Below, piece after piece: positions 1 through 12,630 of a DNA stretch of 64,000 nt; position 1 is the stretch's first letter; each line of letters begins with the position of its first letter. A program made the translations under genes and the position numbers. The notes beneath the pieces are model-generated. The model searched no databases. It saw nothing but the letters and a program-made list of their open reading frames with translations, and was not told where the DNA came from. Source of the stretch: Lama glama (Eukaryota); the NCBI GenBank assembly GCA_028534125.1, contig CM052817.1, positions 24,740,001 through 24,804,000 on the forward strand, given 5' to 3'.

Positions 1-590
1 AAGGATGCCAATCACAAGTCCAGGTTGTCACCCGTACTTATGGCCAACTGCCTACAGATTGGAGGCTCCAAGGACTCCCTCCCTGAGTTCAATTAATTTG
101 CTAAAGTGGCTCACAGAGCTCAGGGAAACATTTTACTTACAAGATTACCAGTTTATTAGGAAAGGGTTAACAGCCAGATGGGAGAGAAGCATTGGGCAAG
201 GTATGGGGAAAGGGTGCTGCTTCCATGCGCTCTGGGCGTCCTGCTCTCCACACATCTCCACCGGTTCACCCACCAGGAAATTCAGCAAGTCTCCTTGCTC
301 AAGCCTTTAAAGTGCTTAATCCGCAGCCCTCCCCCTGCCTCTTCCCCTTCCCAGAGGTGGGCGGGTGGGCGAGGCTGGAAGTTTCAGCCCTCTTCTCCCA
401 CCCTCCTTCAGGTGACCAGCCCCACCCTGAGGCTATCTGGGGGCACCACCCTAAGTCAACTCATTAGCATACGCTCAAAAGGGGCTCCTTAGGAAAAAAG
501 ACAACGCCTTTCATTTAGGAAACTCCAAGGGTTTGAGGAGATTTGTGCCAGGAATTGAGGACAAAGACTAAATATATTTCTTATTAAACA
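1..590 (-). mobile_element. MER21-family LTR (runs off the window edge), in RELL1 intron 1
   Basis: Reverse complement matches recalled MER21 motifs (gtttccctgagctctgtgagccact..agcaaattaat; aataagaaatatatt..gtctttgtcc) and is similar to the copy at 58008. Confidence 0.75.
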
Positions 591-1339
591 TACATTATTA
601 TATGTTATACATCATATATTATATATATTGCTATTATATATAGTATATATTTCTTACATTCTACTTCAACACAACAGTCACCAGTGAACAATGAGAAGAT
701 GAGTGTTGGTGACCCTGGATAATCAAAAAGGATGGCAAGTGGATAGTTACATCAATTCTAGGGGAAAACTGTCAAAACCTTGGGACTGTACCTACAGATC
801 CACTGGCTAGAGAAAACCCAATTGGTCAATCTTTCCAAATTGTGCTAAAGAAACTGTCACAGCCTACCCTTACAAAGGTAATGGCTTCCTCCCGTTTTCC
901 TTCGTCTCCTTTGCCTAATTTTGGTAGCTAATGGCTCACAGCTCCACAAATTCCCTGCATCCCAGGAGAACTCCCTGCCAGGCCCCCTGGTCCCTATTCC
1001 TCCTTCCCTGGGGCCTTGGCACTGCTCAAAGCTGCTTCCTCAACCTCCCCGCCCATTACACACAGGACACACCGGCCTCAGGGGTCAGAGCAAGATGAGA
1101 CAGGGAACACCTCAGGCAATGGCCCAGGACCTGAAAGGAAAACTCTGGAGCAGGTAGGAACTTTGTCCCATCTGATAGCTGTGACAGGTTAGTACCTGGT
1201 TAAGGACAAAGTAAGAATAATATATTTGTTTAGTATTTACTATGCACAAAACATTGCACCATGCACTCTCATGGTTTTTTTGTGTGTATGTGAAATTTAC
1301 TTTTTATTTATTTATTTGTTTTAGGTTATGCTGCCAAGC

Positions 1340-1445
1340 TTTTTTTTTTTAATTGAAGTATAGTTGATTTAAAATGTTGTGTTTGTTTCTGGTGTACAGC
1401 ATAGTGATTCAGTCATACATATTCTTTTCCATTACAGGTTATTAC
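1340..1445 (-). mobile_element. L1 3'-end fragment (lineage-specific)
   Basis: Poly-T followed by aattgaagtatagttgattt...ggtgtacagcatagtgattcag, same family as the copies at 26173, 41972 and 56690. Confidence 0.75.
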
Positions 1446-2120
1446 CACTCTCATGTTTGTATCTCATGTAATTGTCACAAAAATTCCAATCAGGCAACTC
1501 TGCCATATTTTCTCCATAACCCAGAGGAGGAAAGTGGTCCAAAGACTTTTTTACCCTCTGAACAACATTAGCACTTTATTAGTGGTTGGAATACAGTCAT
1601 ACACAGGAGTGTGCAAACAAAATGTGGGGAGAGAGTTGGGAGAGCTGGCCACTATCTGGGATACTAGGATGAGCAGACAAGAAGGCAAGAACCTTGGGGT
1701 ACTGCAAAGGGAGGGACAGAAAATCCCCTGAGTTCAATAAGTCTGGCACAAGGATCCTCAAAGTGAGATAACTGGGCGCAGGAACTCAGTCTGGCTCAGG
1801 TACCCACCACCTTCTACCAGCCCTCCCGCCCCAAAAAGTCCCTTGGGTGGATTCTATTTCTTCTCTCCCTTACAAAGAAAGCTGTGTCAATAACTGGCAG
1901 AGGAAAGTAGTTTCCATTATAATAGGTACCCATCCCTAAAGCCACATAGAATACAGGAATCCTCAGATTTGCCCAGGTATCTATTTAATCAGATCCCACA
2001 TGAAAATACTAAGGGCCACTCATTTGACGAGTTCTCTCTCTCCCCTGGATACCTACTACTTTGAGCAGGTTTACATTCGCCTGCCCACAAACCAACAGAT
2101 GAGTAATGGAAGAGGAAATG

Positions 2121-2430
2121 CAGGTCCATAATCCCTTATCTGAAAACTTGGAGGTCAGATGTGCCTCAAAATTCAGACTTTGTAATTCTAGAAAGGTAAC
2201 ACAATGCATTTAGCACACATTATGTGACACTCAGAAATCAAACTCATTAATATTACTGCAGCCAAAACTTAGCAGTATTCAAACTAAGTGAGATAAATAT
2301 ACACTGCAGACTCCCACCTTGGTTCGGGCTAAGTTTTACCCACCAATGGAGTATGCAAAAAGCCTCAAAAAAACTGTTCTGGTTTTCAGAGCTTTTCAAA
2401 TTTCAGAATTGTCCATAAACGATTACAAAT
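2121..2430 (+). mobile_element. MER46C-like Tigger MITE
   Basis: Starts caggtccataatcccttatctgaaa and ends with a degenerate inverted copy (tttcagaattgtccataaacgatt). Confidence 0.7.
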
Positions 2431-3379
2431 GCATGCACATGGCTCAAATAGTAGAAGAAAACAGTCTACATACAAGTGATCAAAGACATACAATCACGGT
2501 GCCCATTTTTGCCTTACAAATTAGCACATATGTTTTTCAGAGAAAATGCCAAAGGCGTGAGAAGTGAATCCTTGGACTTGCTGTGAGAATGTAAACTGAG
2601 ACAATGGTCAGACCTAAGACTGGTGTCATCAGTGGCCTCAAAACATGAATAACTTTGACCCCAAAACTGCCTTTTCAGGAACCCAATTTCTATGGAATTC
2701 ATCAATATCGAGACAAAGCTTTAGGCATAGATGTTCACCGAAACAAGGAGTTTTAAATTTTGATTACAAATAATTAACAAAAACTGAAATCTAAAATGGA
2801 GGACAGTGAAGTAAAATACAGAGACTCCATATACTGGAATTTTATGCAGTGGTTTTTTTGAGTGTATTGGGAAATGAAGACACCTTTAAGTATAACACGA
2901 GGTTAGAAATGCACGATACAAGGGTACGCTTGCACTGTGATCCTATCAAAGTGAAAAATACAGACAGAGAGTGTATTTCACCAGAGTGAAATAGGCTGAC
3001 AGTGGCAAGTACCTCTGAGTAATGAGATGAAAGGTGATTCTCTCCCCTTCCCTCCAAACTTTAAATCTTTTGGGGAATTTTCCAGAAACACCAAGAACAC
3101 TGTATTTTAGCTAAGGAGAAATAAGAAAAAAAAGGTGTAGTTACTTAACTCCCAGTCAGTGGCAGCAAACTTAAGAATCTGCGGTGTCACTCTGGACTTT
3201 TATATATTTACAGTGACTCTATGATTGCAAAACCATTACCACCTCCAGAATGAACACATTTGTAGTCCACATTTAATAGATAGTTTGCTTGACATATAAG
3301 TCTAGTCCAATGCACATTTTGGGTAAGAAATGCAAGAAAAAAGTTACACAGGATAAAAGACATATACCACCTTGCTGTT

Positions 3380-3870
3380 TGCCAACACCTTTCAGAAGCA
3401 ACAGCTCATTTTATCCTGACTACGAGCCAGTAAGGCAGATAAAGATAGGCGGTGGCACATACCCATTTTATAGGTAAGAAAATAGAGGAAGAGAGGGCGA
3501 CACTCTGGAAAGCGGCAGGGACACTTCAAGTCCAGGATTCTAACTTGGCACTTGGTGCTCTCCCCACTGTATCATGCCATTACCCTATTAATGGCTCAAT
3601 AAATATCTTAGAATAAAAAGAAATTCCTCACTCTAAAGAAAAACTGAATGATTTAGTAATAATAATGGGCTTTAGAAATGAATAGATCTGAGTCAAAATC
3701 AAAATTTAACTTACACACATAAGTGACTTTTTCAAGTTAATGTCTCAAGACTCAATTTCCTCATCTATAAATGGAGGGATAAAATCATATAGCTGACACA
3801 ATATTGTAAGAGTTAAATGATCTGAGTACTTAGACCAGAGCCTGCCACAGAACAAGTGTAATAAATGCTG
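3380..3870. mobile_element. Two MIR SINE fragments in opposite orientations
   Basis: MIR core motifs cccattttataggtaagaaaatagagg and ctcaatttcctcatctataaatgg. Confidence 0.6.
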
Positions 3871-4884
3871 CATTCTTTCCTCCAAAAAGAATACAACGCC
3901 TACATGTACTAACTGCAGATTCCAGGTAGCCACTCCAGACTCACTATTCTACCTGCTTTCAGCAGCCTAGCAAATCTTTACAGTTACCAAAGTGACTGCC
4001 CTGCAATTCTTAGAAACCACTCAACATATTAGTTTTAACCAATGACAATTTAAATCATTTTTTGTCAGTTTTAAATAACTTCTCTTTGGTCCCAATAGGT
4101 AATTAAACTTCAAAAATCAGAGGCAAACAATTCTTTAAAAAGTAACAACAAAATTTTTTCATTTCTATCACCTGGGGCTTTGGTCTCTCTCATTCAAATT
4201 TAACTACTGAAACTCCCAAATAGTTTGTTTAATTTATTTGAGGGTTGGGCAGGGAAGATGGGGAATGACAGGCAGCTCTCAAATTTTTCATTTCCTCTTT
4301 AAATGAAATTTGGGCATGGAAGCCCAATCTCCAAGGGGTGCTTTCTCACAACATTCTGTCCACTGACTACGCATCCTGTAGACTTAGAGCTGGGCAGCTA
4401 CCTGGCCAAAGGAGAACCCAGAATTTAATAAAGCTTATCATTAGCATCTAAATGAGGAGTCAGGAGGCTGGATGGAAGCCCACAGAACCCCAGGAGAGAG
4501 CACTTGTCATTTCACCAGCCCCTGGTCATTTTCCACCCACTCCTTAACTCAAAGGCCATGCCCACTGTCTGCAGAAAAACTAAGCCCTAAGTAACCAGAG
4601 AACTTATACATAAATAAGCCAAGACGTGGAAAATCATCCGTTCTGGTGCCTGCGGTATATAGTTTCAAAGGCTGCTACTAAGACAGAAACTTAATGAGAT
4701 TCTTCGCCTAGGCAGGAAGTGAAAGAGACATTGCCACTACCTACCATGATGTTAAATGACCTTCTTTTCTCTGCTTCCCAACTTCTGATAACCACATGCT
4801 TACAGCTGTATGGTGTCCTAAACTTCCTATCTTAGAATCTCAACAAGACGGCTGCAGTTGATTTCTGCTCTATTTCCTCTCTGG

Positions 4885-5190
4885 GGAGCAGTGCAGTACA
4901 GGGGAAAGAGAATGAACTTTGGAATCAAGCAAACTAGGTTATCAAAGATAAAGATACATGAACACACACTTGCACACACACACACACACACCCCTCCTAG
5001 GGGTTTTGCTTCTCGTACTGAATGCTAATTGATATACTAGCTATGCGATGCTGGGCCCATTGCTTAACCTCTCTGGGCCCCAGGTGCCTCACTGGAAATA
5101 AGAACTTCATAGAATTATGAGAAATAAGTGTAAAAATGAATCTGAAGCGCCAAATTCAAAGTTTAACACATAGCAGGCATTCAACATTAT
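4885..5190 (+). mobile_element. MIR SINE containing a (CA)n microsatellite (about 4963-4991)
   Basis: gcagtgcagtacaggggaaagagaatgaactttggaatca ... cttaacctctctgggcc ... acatagcaggcattcaa. Confidence 0.6.
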
Positions 5191-6922
5191 TTCCCACCTT
5201 TCTCCCTACTTCTCTAAAACAGTCCCTACAAACATTAACACTGTTTTAGATTTCATGGGAACCAGATGTTGGCTGTTCAGGGTATCTTCTTAAGAAATGG
5301 GTCTCAAGTCACACTGACACATTTGCACCCTGTATCTTTTCCTTTTTGGATACCTCATTCTTCTTAAGTGTAACTTTCATCAAAAAGGTTACTGTGCAAT
5401 TAAGATGAGCACGTTCTTCATCACATTCCAGTCCTGAAAGCTGAATGTTGGTTCAAAGATCCATCGAAACACAAACTGACTCTTAGGGTGGATTTCTCCT
5501 GCTGATGACTGATTACATGCATCATGAGCTGAATTTTTATCAATTTTCCTCCCAGGTTAAGCTCTTCAAATTCTGGAGCAACTGACTCTAGCCCTCTAAG
5601 TACTGTCTACAACCTCGGGTCTAATTTGAACCTGATTATGCATCTACCTGTCTCAGCAATGAGACACAGGGTGAAAACCAAAATCCCCCATCCAATAATA
5701 CATGTCACTAGCGGCCATTTCCTTGAGGTGGATGACTGAAGGAGATACGCGTCTGCTAACAAAGACTCAGGAGACAAGTTAGCCATCCTGTTCCCTTCCT
5801 AACATATTCTGGTTTCTGCGAAAAAGTGAAGCCCAAAGTGGTAAGTCAGTTTAAAAGCTGTGATCTAGTGGCTTCTTCCCAGGAGTGAAGAGCAGTATGT
5901 GTGTTTTCATAGAGGAATAGTCATGGTTGGAAAGCTTCCAGTTACTTGCTTATTATTTGGACCTGAAGAGGAGCTGCTCAAGCTTGGAAGAGCTTGCTGA
6001 CGTAAGATTCCAGGATCTAGTAACCCCAATTGGCCAAGAAGGTATACGTTTACTTTTTTTTAACTACTGCTGTAAGATGGCAATTAAGAGGGGGACCAGT
6101 GGTAAGGAATCCCAGTGTCTACAGTCATCAAAACAAGAGTGTGAGAAAGGACTTCAGTGAAAGTTATACCTCCTCTTAGATTTCAGTTAAAAACTCCTGC
6201 TCCAAGTTCATCACTGGGGACAGCATTTTATCATCTCTGCTGGTGGCTTCCTGCTCTAACCACAGAAGGTTCCTTTTGTGGCGACAGGAATCAACTCAAA
6301 GAAAAAAAAAAAACGGGTAAGTTTACAAACGCACCTTCCCTTTTTCCAAGCCTGATTTATCCAGAATGTGTGAGGAGAAATCTGAAATCCCCAACCTGTT
6401 ACAAGAATCCATCAACCACTAAAATAAATGAAAACTCGGAAGTAAACTGGAAACCCTCAAGGCTTTAAGATATTAAAAGAAAAAAAAAAGGAGGGGGAGG
6501 GAGGCGGCGACAGTGCACCCGGTCCCCTGTGTCACGATCTTCCGCTCGCGGGGCCCTTGAGGACAAGGGCAGGAAAGGGGTCCGCGGGGCTCCGAGGCGC
6601 TGGGCCCTGGCGGAAGCGCTCCCGAGGAAGGCAAGAGCAGGCCCGGTCCCTACACGCCACACAGCTCAGAGGTGGGGGCAGGAGGTAACAGGTCCTCTGA
6701 GGAGCGGGCTAGAGGAGGGAAGGCGGGAGCGGGGCAGGCGGGAAGGGAGGGACCGGAGCCATCGCCACGCGCCGCGCCCGGCCGAGCCACCCACTGACAG
6801 CCAGATGTTCAGCGCCAGGATCCCGCGGCTGTGCCAGGACAAGGGCAGCTCGGGGCGCAGCAGCGCTGCCGTCCGGATCCCTCCACTCCTCCCGCGCGCC
6901 CTGGCCGCGACGGGGCACTCAC

Positions 6923-7010
6923 CCTGGGCCACCAGAGGCGAACTCACGGCACCACCCACGAAGACAGCAGCAGCTAGGACAGCGGACCCCAGGAGTCCTC
7001 GCGGAGCCAT
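6923..7010 (-). CDS. RELL1: RELT-like protein 1, first coding exon (signal peptide region, 88 nt, phase-1 donor)
   Basis: Minus-strand ATG at 7010 in Kozak context (GCGGCGATGG) encodes MAPRGLLGSAVLAAAVFVGGAVSSPLVAQ, nearly identical to the recalled human RELL1 N-terminus (MAPRALPGSAVLAAAVFVGGAVSSPLVAP). It is followed by a canonical donor CAGG|GTGAGT at 6923/6922. I found no exon 2 in 1-6922. Confidence 0.93.
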
Positions 7011-7199
7011 CGCCGCGTCCCTTCGCCCCGGGGCGCTGCGCTCCGGATTCCAGTAGGGTGTGCAGCTCTGGAGCCCGCAGGCGGGCGGATTAGAAGAGCT
7101 CAGCCTCCGAGCGCTGCGCACCCAGCCGGGCCGTGGGCCCTCCCCTCAGACCCCACCCACCTCGGCTCGGCCCAGCCCAGCCTCTCCGAGCCAAGTCCC

Positions 7200-7405
7200 G
7201 GGCCCCGCCTGCCCTGGAAGGAGGCCTATTCAGTGACCCCGCCCGCGGGCCCGCCCATCTCAGCCTGGTCCAGCCTCTCCCTTCATCACCCGCTTCCTTT
7301 CCAAGTCCGTCCGCCGCTCCAGCCGCCAGGGTTAGTCTATGGCCCCGCCCCTGGGCCCCGCCCGCCAGTCCTGGCCCCGCCCGCCAGCTCTAGCCCCGCC
7401 CTCCT
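7200..7405 (-). promoter_or_regulatory. Sp/KLF GC-box cluster (TATA-less RELL1 promoter)
   Basis: Repeated CCCCGCC(C) at about 7203, 7237, 7343, 7356, 7375 and 7394, 200-400 bp upstream of the ATG. Confidence 0.75.
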
Positions 7406-8598
7406 CGGCCAGGCTCCTGCTGGCGGCTCGCGGTGCTTTCCCTAGACCCGCTGCACCGCAGCCACCCAGATAAGCGCGGGAGCCCGGGGTCCAGACAGAG
7501 TCGCTGGTGCTCGTCCTCCCGGGCGCTGGGACCAGGCGGACGTGGGAAGAGAAAAAGAGCCGGGCAGGAGGTTCTGGATGGGCAGACATAGCCAGTATTG
7601 GAATGGGCACGATCTTTTTTCTCTGTTGGCATCTCTATTCATGCTGGCATGCCCCTCGGTGACTGGTCCAGGGAGGGGCGCAGCCGGGATATCAAGTTTC
7701 AGTGTTTGAAAATGAGAAAAGGCAAAAAGGCAAATTATTTTAATATCTTCCTATCTCCACTTCCATTTAAGCTGTTCCTACTGGGGAAAACACACCTCTG
7801 CGTACATCCAGGAACAATTTTTTTTTTAAATCGTGTGTTCACATTTCTCCTAGCAAATACTTCCACGAAGTAATCCTTTAAGTGCCCAGTCACTTATTAT
7901 CTTCTTGTCCTCAACAGTATCCTTAGTTCACAAGCCAGGGAGTAAACCCACAATGGCCAGGCCACCGTGATAAATTGAAATTAGCTTGCCTTCATTGTGT
8001 TTGCTCACTGCTGCGCCTTCTGCTCCTGGTTCAATGACAGCACTCACTAAGTTAGAGGTCACAAGTGGTTTTTAAAGTTGAATCATCATCACAGGCACTG
8101 GTTGGACGCAGAGGAGTTCCCTCTTTAATGCCCTTTAGAGGCTCCTTCTGAAACAAGGTGGTCAGGCCTTGAACAAAGGCCTAAGAACACCAGCAAGGGT
8201 AGGGAGTGGGCACTGGAGTTTTTCACAGAAGCAGGCTCTTCCTTGGCCTGTCAGCCTCAGATTCTCAAAGGAGGACTCTTTAATCTTTGAGTCCTCTGCA
8301 CAGTCTACTAGACTCTCACAAATGTTTGCACTGAGGTGGGAATTCCCAATGACAGAAGCTCAGACCACTACAGATGGCTAGGGCTGCAGGTTTGAGCCTT
8401 TGCCCTTTGAACCCAAAGGCTGGCACTGTGTGCCCTGTGCACAGGTGTCCCCACATCCTGCAGTCTGGCAGGTAAGGCAGTTTTATGCCAACATAAAAAG
8501 AGAATGGCTACAGGGGAAAGAGGTCCATGTGGGTCTTGAACTCAAAAAAGGGGAAAGTCCTGAGCCCAGAAATTAAACTATAAATTATAAGTTGTAGT

Positions 8599-8753
8599 CA
8601 GAACCAGCTACATAATTTGCAGAGATCTATGTAAAATAAAAATGCAAGGCCTTTTGTTCAAAAATTAGGAATGTCAAGGTGGTGATGACCTGACATGGAA
8701 GCTATCTAAGCATGGGGCCCCATGTACAGGTCACACACCTGTAAAGCCAGCTA
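8599..8753 (-). mobile_element. MER45A hAT MITE
   Basis: cagaaccagctacataatttgc...aaaatgcaaggccttttgttcaaaaatta matches recalled MER45A. Confidence 0.65.
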
Positions 8754-10626
8754 TGGAACTTGGAATGTACCAAAATTCTTGGACAAAGATACCTATTCAA
8801 AATGTAAAATATCATTTTTAAAATGAATAATGTTTCATTTTTTCCTACAAATTGAACTTACTATTAAAAAGACAGGACCATTTTAAACAACCTATTCAAA
8901 TTGGATGTCTGCTTATGGCTCTCCAGAAATAAAAATACAATCCAGTAATTAAAGCCAGAGGAAACCTTAGTAATTATCTAACACGCCCCTTATTTTACAG
9001 ATGAGAGATAGTTAAGTGACTTGCCTGGTATCTCATTGCTAGTATGAGCCAGGGTTGGAAACCAAGGCTCTAAAATTTCCCTTCTCAGACTTTTCCATAA
9101 CACTTAGCTGCTTGACACACTCTCTACAGATATTTCACTGTCACACAATCTCATATACATGCACATCTTATCAATGGAGGGAGGGACAAAGGAAAGAAGG
9201 AAGGAAGGAAAGAAAATCAAGTTTAAATTATTTTCCAGATACTTAACCCTACAGATTTGCTTACAAGATTAAAAAAGCCCCACATAGGCATATCTAAAAG
9301 CCATTGCTTATTGTTTTATTTTAAATGTGATCGAGGTTCTCATTCACATGAGGAAAAGGATGTCATATTTCTTCTGAGGGAATTAAAATTTAAGATCACA
9401 AGACTAAATGATCTTCCCATTTTTTCAGAAATAAAGTTAAAGGATCATAGGTAGAAATAGTTGTAACATTAGCAATCCTTTATCTCCTAAATTTAGCCCA
9501 GCCCTGGGGCAAGCACTTTCCCTGTGTTCCTTCATCAAATCCTCAGTTGTTTATCTTGGGAAGTATTGTCACTGATACTCACTTCAAAGCTGAGGAGACT
9601 AGAATTTGAGGGATTAAGGCACTCATCCAAGTCACACAGCTGTTCTGGGTGCTGCCAAGACTCAAATCCAGGGTCAGCTCACTCCAGGCCTACCCTTGAA
9701 CTTCTGTCTATATGCTTCTGCCTCTGAAATGCAGAATACTAGCCATTTAGCTCTCCTTTTCCATTATAAAGTTTTAATCTGTCATTTTTTTTTCTTACCC
9801 TGGCTTCTTTGAATTCTGTGTCAACACCTGCTTACATGCATTTTTTCAAGGAAAATTATTTATTTATAGGAATGTGCTATAAATGTGAGTTCCCAGGAAT
9901 CACATATACAAAATCATACAATTTTCATAAATTGTGTTTTGCTTTGTTTCTAGTTTCTCTATAAGAATTCAGTTAATCATTTCCCTTGGTAGAAACCTTT
10001 CCTGTTTTCCTCTGTGCTGCTAAGGTGCTAATTTTCATCACCGTCATTTAAATGCGTGAGGTTCAGTTGGCTGGTATTTACTCTAATTAAGTTGCAAATA
10101 CTTCCACAGAAGGTCTCTGTAGAATTTCTTCTTTCTGTGATTTAGATGTAGTCATCTTTCCGTTCGAGAGGTTATATCCAGGAGAGAAGCCTACAGTCCT
10201 TTGAAAAATACATTTGCAGGGGATATCAAATGATATTTTATAAAATCTTAGTCTATTTTGATCTGACAGCAAGCATGCACTGTCTTCCTGGTACTGGGCT
10301 GAGGGTAGGAGGTTGGGGATGAGAGTCGTTACATATGTAACAATAGATCCTAACCTTGCTTACAGAAGCTTTTCAGAGGTACCTGGGAGAAAGGAAACAA
10401 CTGCATGATGAAATGGAAATGGTCAAGGCCCAGGGGTCTGGGATAAAGCCGTGCCAATGACTCACGCGTTGACTTTCAGCAGCTTCTCCCAGGTCAGTCT
10501 TCTTCCCCATACAATGCAGGAAGGCGACAGGATGATTTCTAAACTTTCCCATTCAGCCCTAAGACTCTACACCATACTAAGTGATAAGATGATAGGGCGC
10601 ATGGTGCCAACATCAGGCTTTCAACG

Positions 10627-10832
10627 TAGGGTTTCTCAACATTATCGACATTAGTGGACTGGATAATTCTTTGCTGGGGACTGTTTTGTGCTCTATAGGA
10701 TGACCTCTACCAACTAAATGCCAGTAGCAGTCTCTCTTCCCTCATTTGAGACAACCAAAAACATTTTCCAATGTGCATTCCATTTTACCGAATGTGCACT
10801 GGGGGTAAAATCACTCCTGGTTGAGAACCACC
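10627..10832 (+). mobile_element. MER20 hAT-Charlie MITE
   Basis: gtttctcaac...ggataattctttg...atgccagtagca...gacaaccaaaaa...ctggttgagaaccac. Confidence 0.8.
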
Positions 10833-11969
10833 TGGGCTCCAGGAAGTCCAAAACCAAAAGGACTGCAACTGGACTCTCTGAGCAAGGCTTCATGGAGCAG
10901 GTGCAATGTAGGCTAAGTTGAAAGAAGCGCAGGGATTAGTGGAGAGGTGGAGAAGGGTGTGAGCGCATGTGCAGTGACAGAGTTAGTACATGCAGGCTGC
11001 ACCGTGATGCGTATGCATGAGGGGAAGGGGCAGAGGAGCACGGCTCAACAATAACTGTGGGTCGGAGCTGAGCCTGGTGGTCAATACAAGGAGAACTGAG
11101 AACTTTCAATGCCCAGAAACTGTCATCAATTATACCAAATGAGATTTGTTTTTTAGGGATGCCAAGATTCAATTGTTCAATTAGATATTTTTCGTCATAA
11201 ATCAGGAAGTTGCAAATAGAGAAGTCCTAATTTTGCCAACATAGTCAGTAGACCTCAGAGGAATCCGATCGCGAGGTTAGCAGTGGTGTCCATAACATCT
11301 GCCTCATTCCTGACCACCAGGTCAAGTTTTGTCTCATGCGCACACCGCCCCCTGAAAATTGCACGTAAGTAACTCGGACCATTTGCTGCTAGAGCCTTAA
11401 AATCAGGTGGATTGATATGGCTTATTGATTATATGGTTATTCTCTGTGAAGCACAAGAGAGAATTATAGTGAAGAATCACGTGATTCCGGCTCAATAAAA
11501 CCCACAAATGCACATTTTGGAGGACAAACCTTTCAAAGTACAAGGTGTCTTATCTTAGGCAAGCTTCCTTTTGATTGCAATCAGCAGAAACGTAAACACT
11601 AGCTTAAAACACTGTAAATTTATGATAATTTATGATACAGATACAAAAAGAGCCAAGCCTCAAGCTCTCAAGCAAATCAGAACCAGGGATCATAGAGAAT
11701 AAATGCAGGATGTGTGGCTCCCCCTACATCTTTCTGGGCTACCCCACAGTTCTTACTTCTACTCTTAGCAAGTATAGGTTTCCTTTCTGTCTCTCTGTCT
11801 CTCTTTTTATCTCTATTTCTCTCTCTTTCTGCTATTTGCTTATTTATTGCTTATTGATCTTGGCCAGGGCCTCCCATGGCTGCTTCACACCCAGGACCTG
11901 TTCAGCACCTCCTCCACTGTGGATCAGTGTCCTGTGTCTCAGGAGAACATGGGGATGCCACGTGTAGGG

Positions 11970-12630
11970 ACTCTGAGTGTGGCTGTGTATCCTAGTCAGG
12001 GCTGTTGGACATGGTCCTCACGCCGACTGATAGATTCCATATAGGGAAGTATCATGGAAGCAGAACAGAGGCAAGACTGTCCTAAAAAAAGAAGTGATCA
12101 TCCGCATCAAATGCGCAGAGTAGTCCAGTAACATAAGGACTGAAAAAGTTATCCTCCAAGTCAGCGGGGAGGTTACGGAGGACTCTTGTGGAAAGACATT
12201 AAGTGCAGAGGGTGAAGAAGTGGGGATAGTTGGGGAGAGTTCCTTTTCAGAAGCCCGACTGAGAGAGAAGAGGGGCGGGCGTGAGACAGGGATCTTGGGA
12301 GTCAAGAGAAGGTCTTCATGGAATGGAATTGATTATTTAGGACAACTGGCACATGCACAGAGAGAAAGATGTGAGGAAAGGGATAAGTAATGTCACAAGG
12401 TCTTGCTGGGATCAAGAGTGTAGGGGTTGTTGGCCTTGAACGAAAAGCAGACACCTGGTGCTTTGAAACTGAAGGGAAAAGGCCAAAGAAAGGCACCAAT
12501 GTGAATATAATTGCAGGTGAGAAATAGAAAGTTGAGGAGGTTCACACTGATGGAGGCAAATCCATCCTTTGACAATGGAAGGGATGGGAATGATGCAAGG
12601 GTTTTGAGGAGACCATGATTGGAGCCATTA
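11970..12630 (-). mobile_element. L2 LINE fragments
   Basis: Degenerate purine-rich L2 antisense motifs (atcaaatgcgcagagtagtccagtaacataaggactgaaa). Confidence 0.5.

Larger units (their letters stand above)
6490..7570. promoter_or_regulatory. CpG island covering the RELL1 promoter, exon 1 and start of intron 1
   Basis: Sharp rise in GC and CpG density relative to CpG-poor flanks, centred on the coding exon. Confidence 0.92.

Noticed and set aside
6666..6922. Continuation of the RELL1 frame to a stop at 6666
   Set aside because: It runs through a consensus GTGAGT donor into intron 1, and similarity to RELL1 ends at the donor.
6529..7056. 175-aa plus-strand ORF and other ORFs across the CpG island
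   Set aside because: Arg/Pro/Ala/Gly-rich frames antisense to RELL1 exon 1 with non-ATG starts, as expected from stop-codon scarcity in GC-rich DNA.
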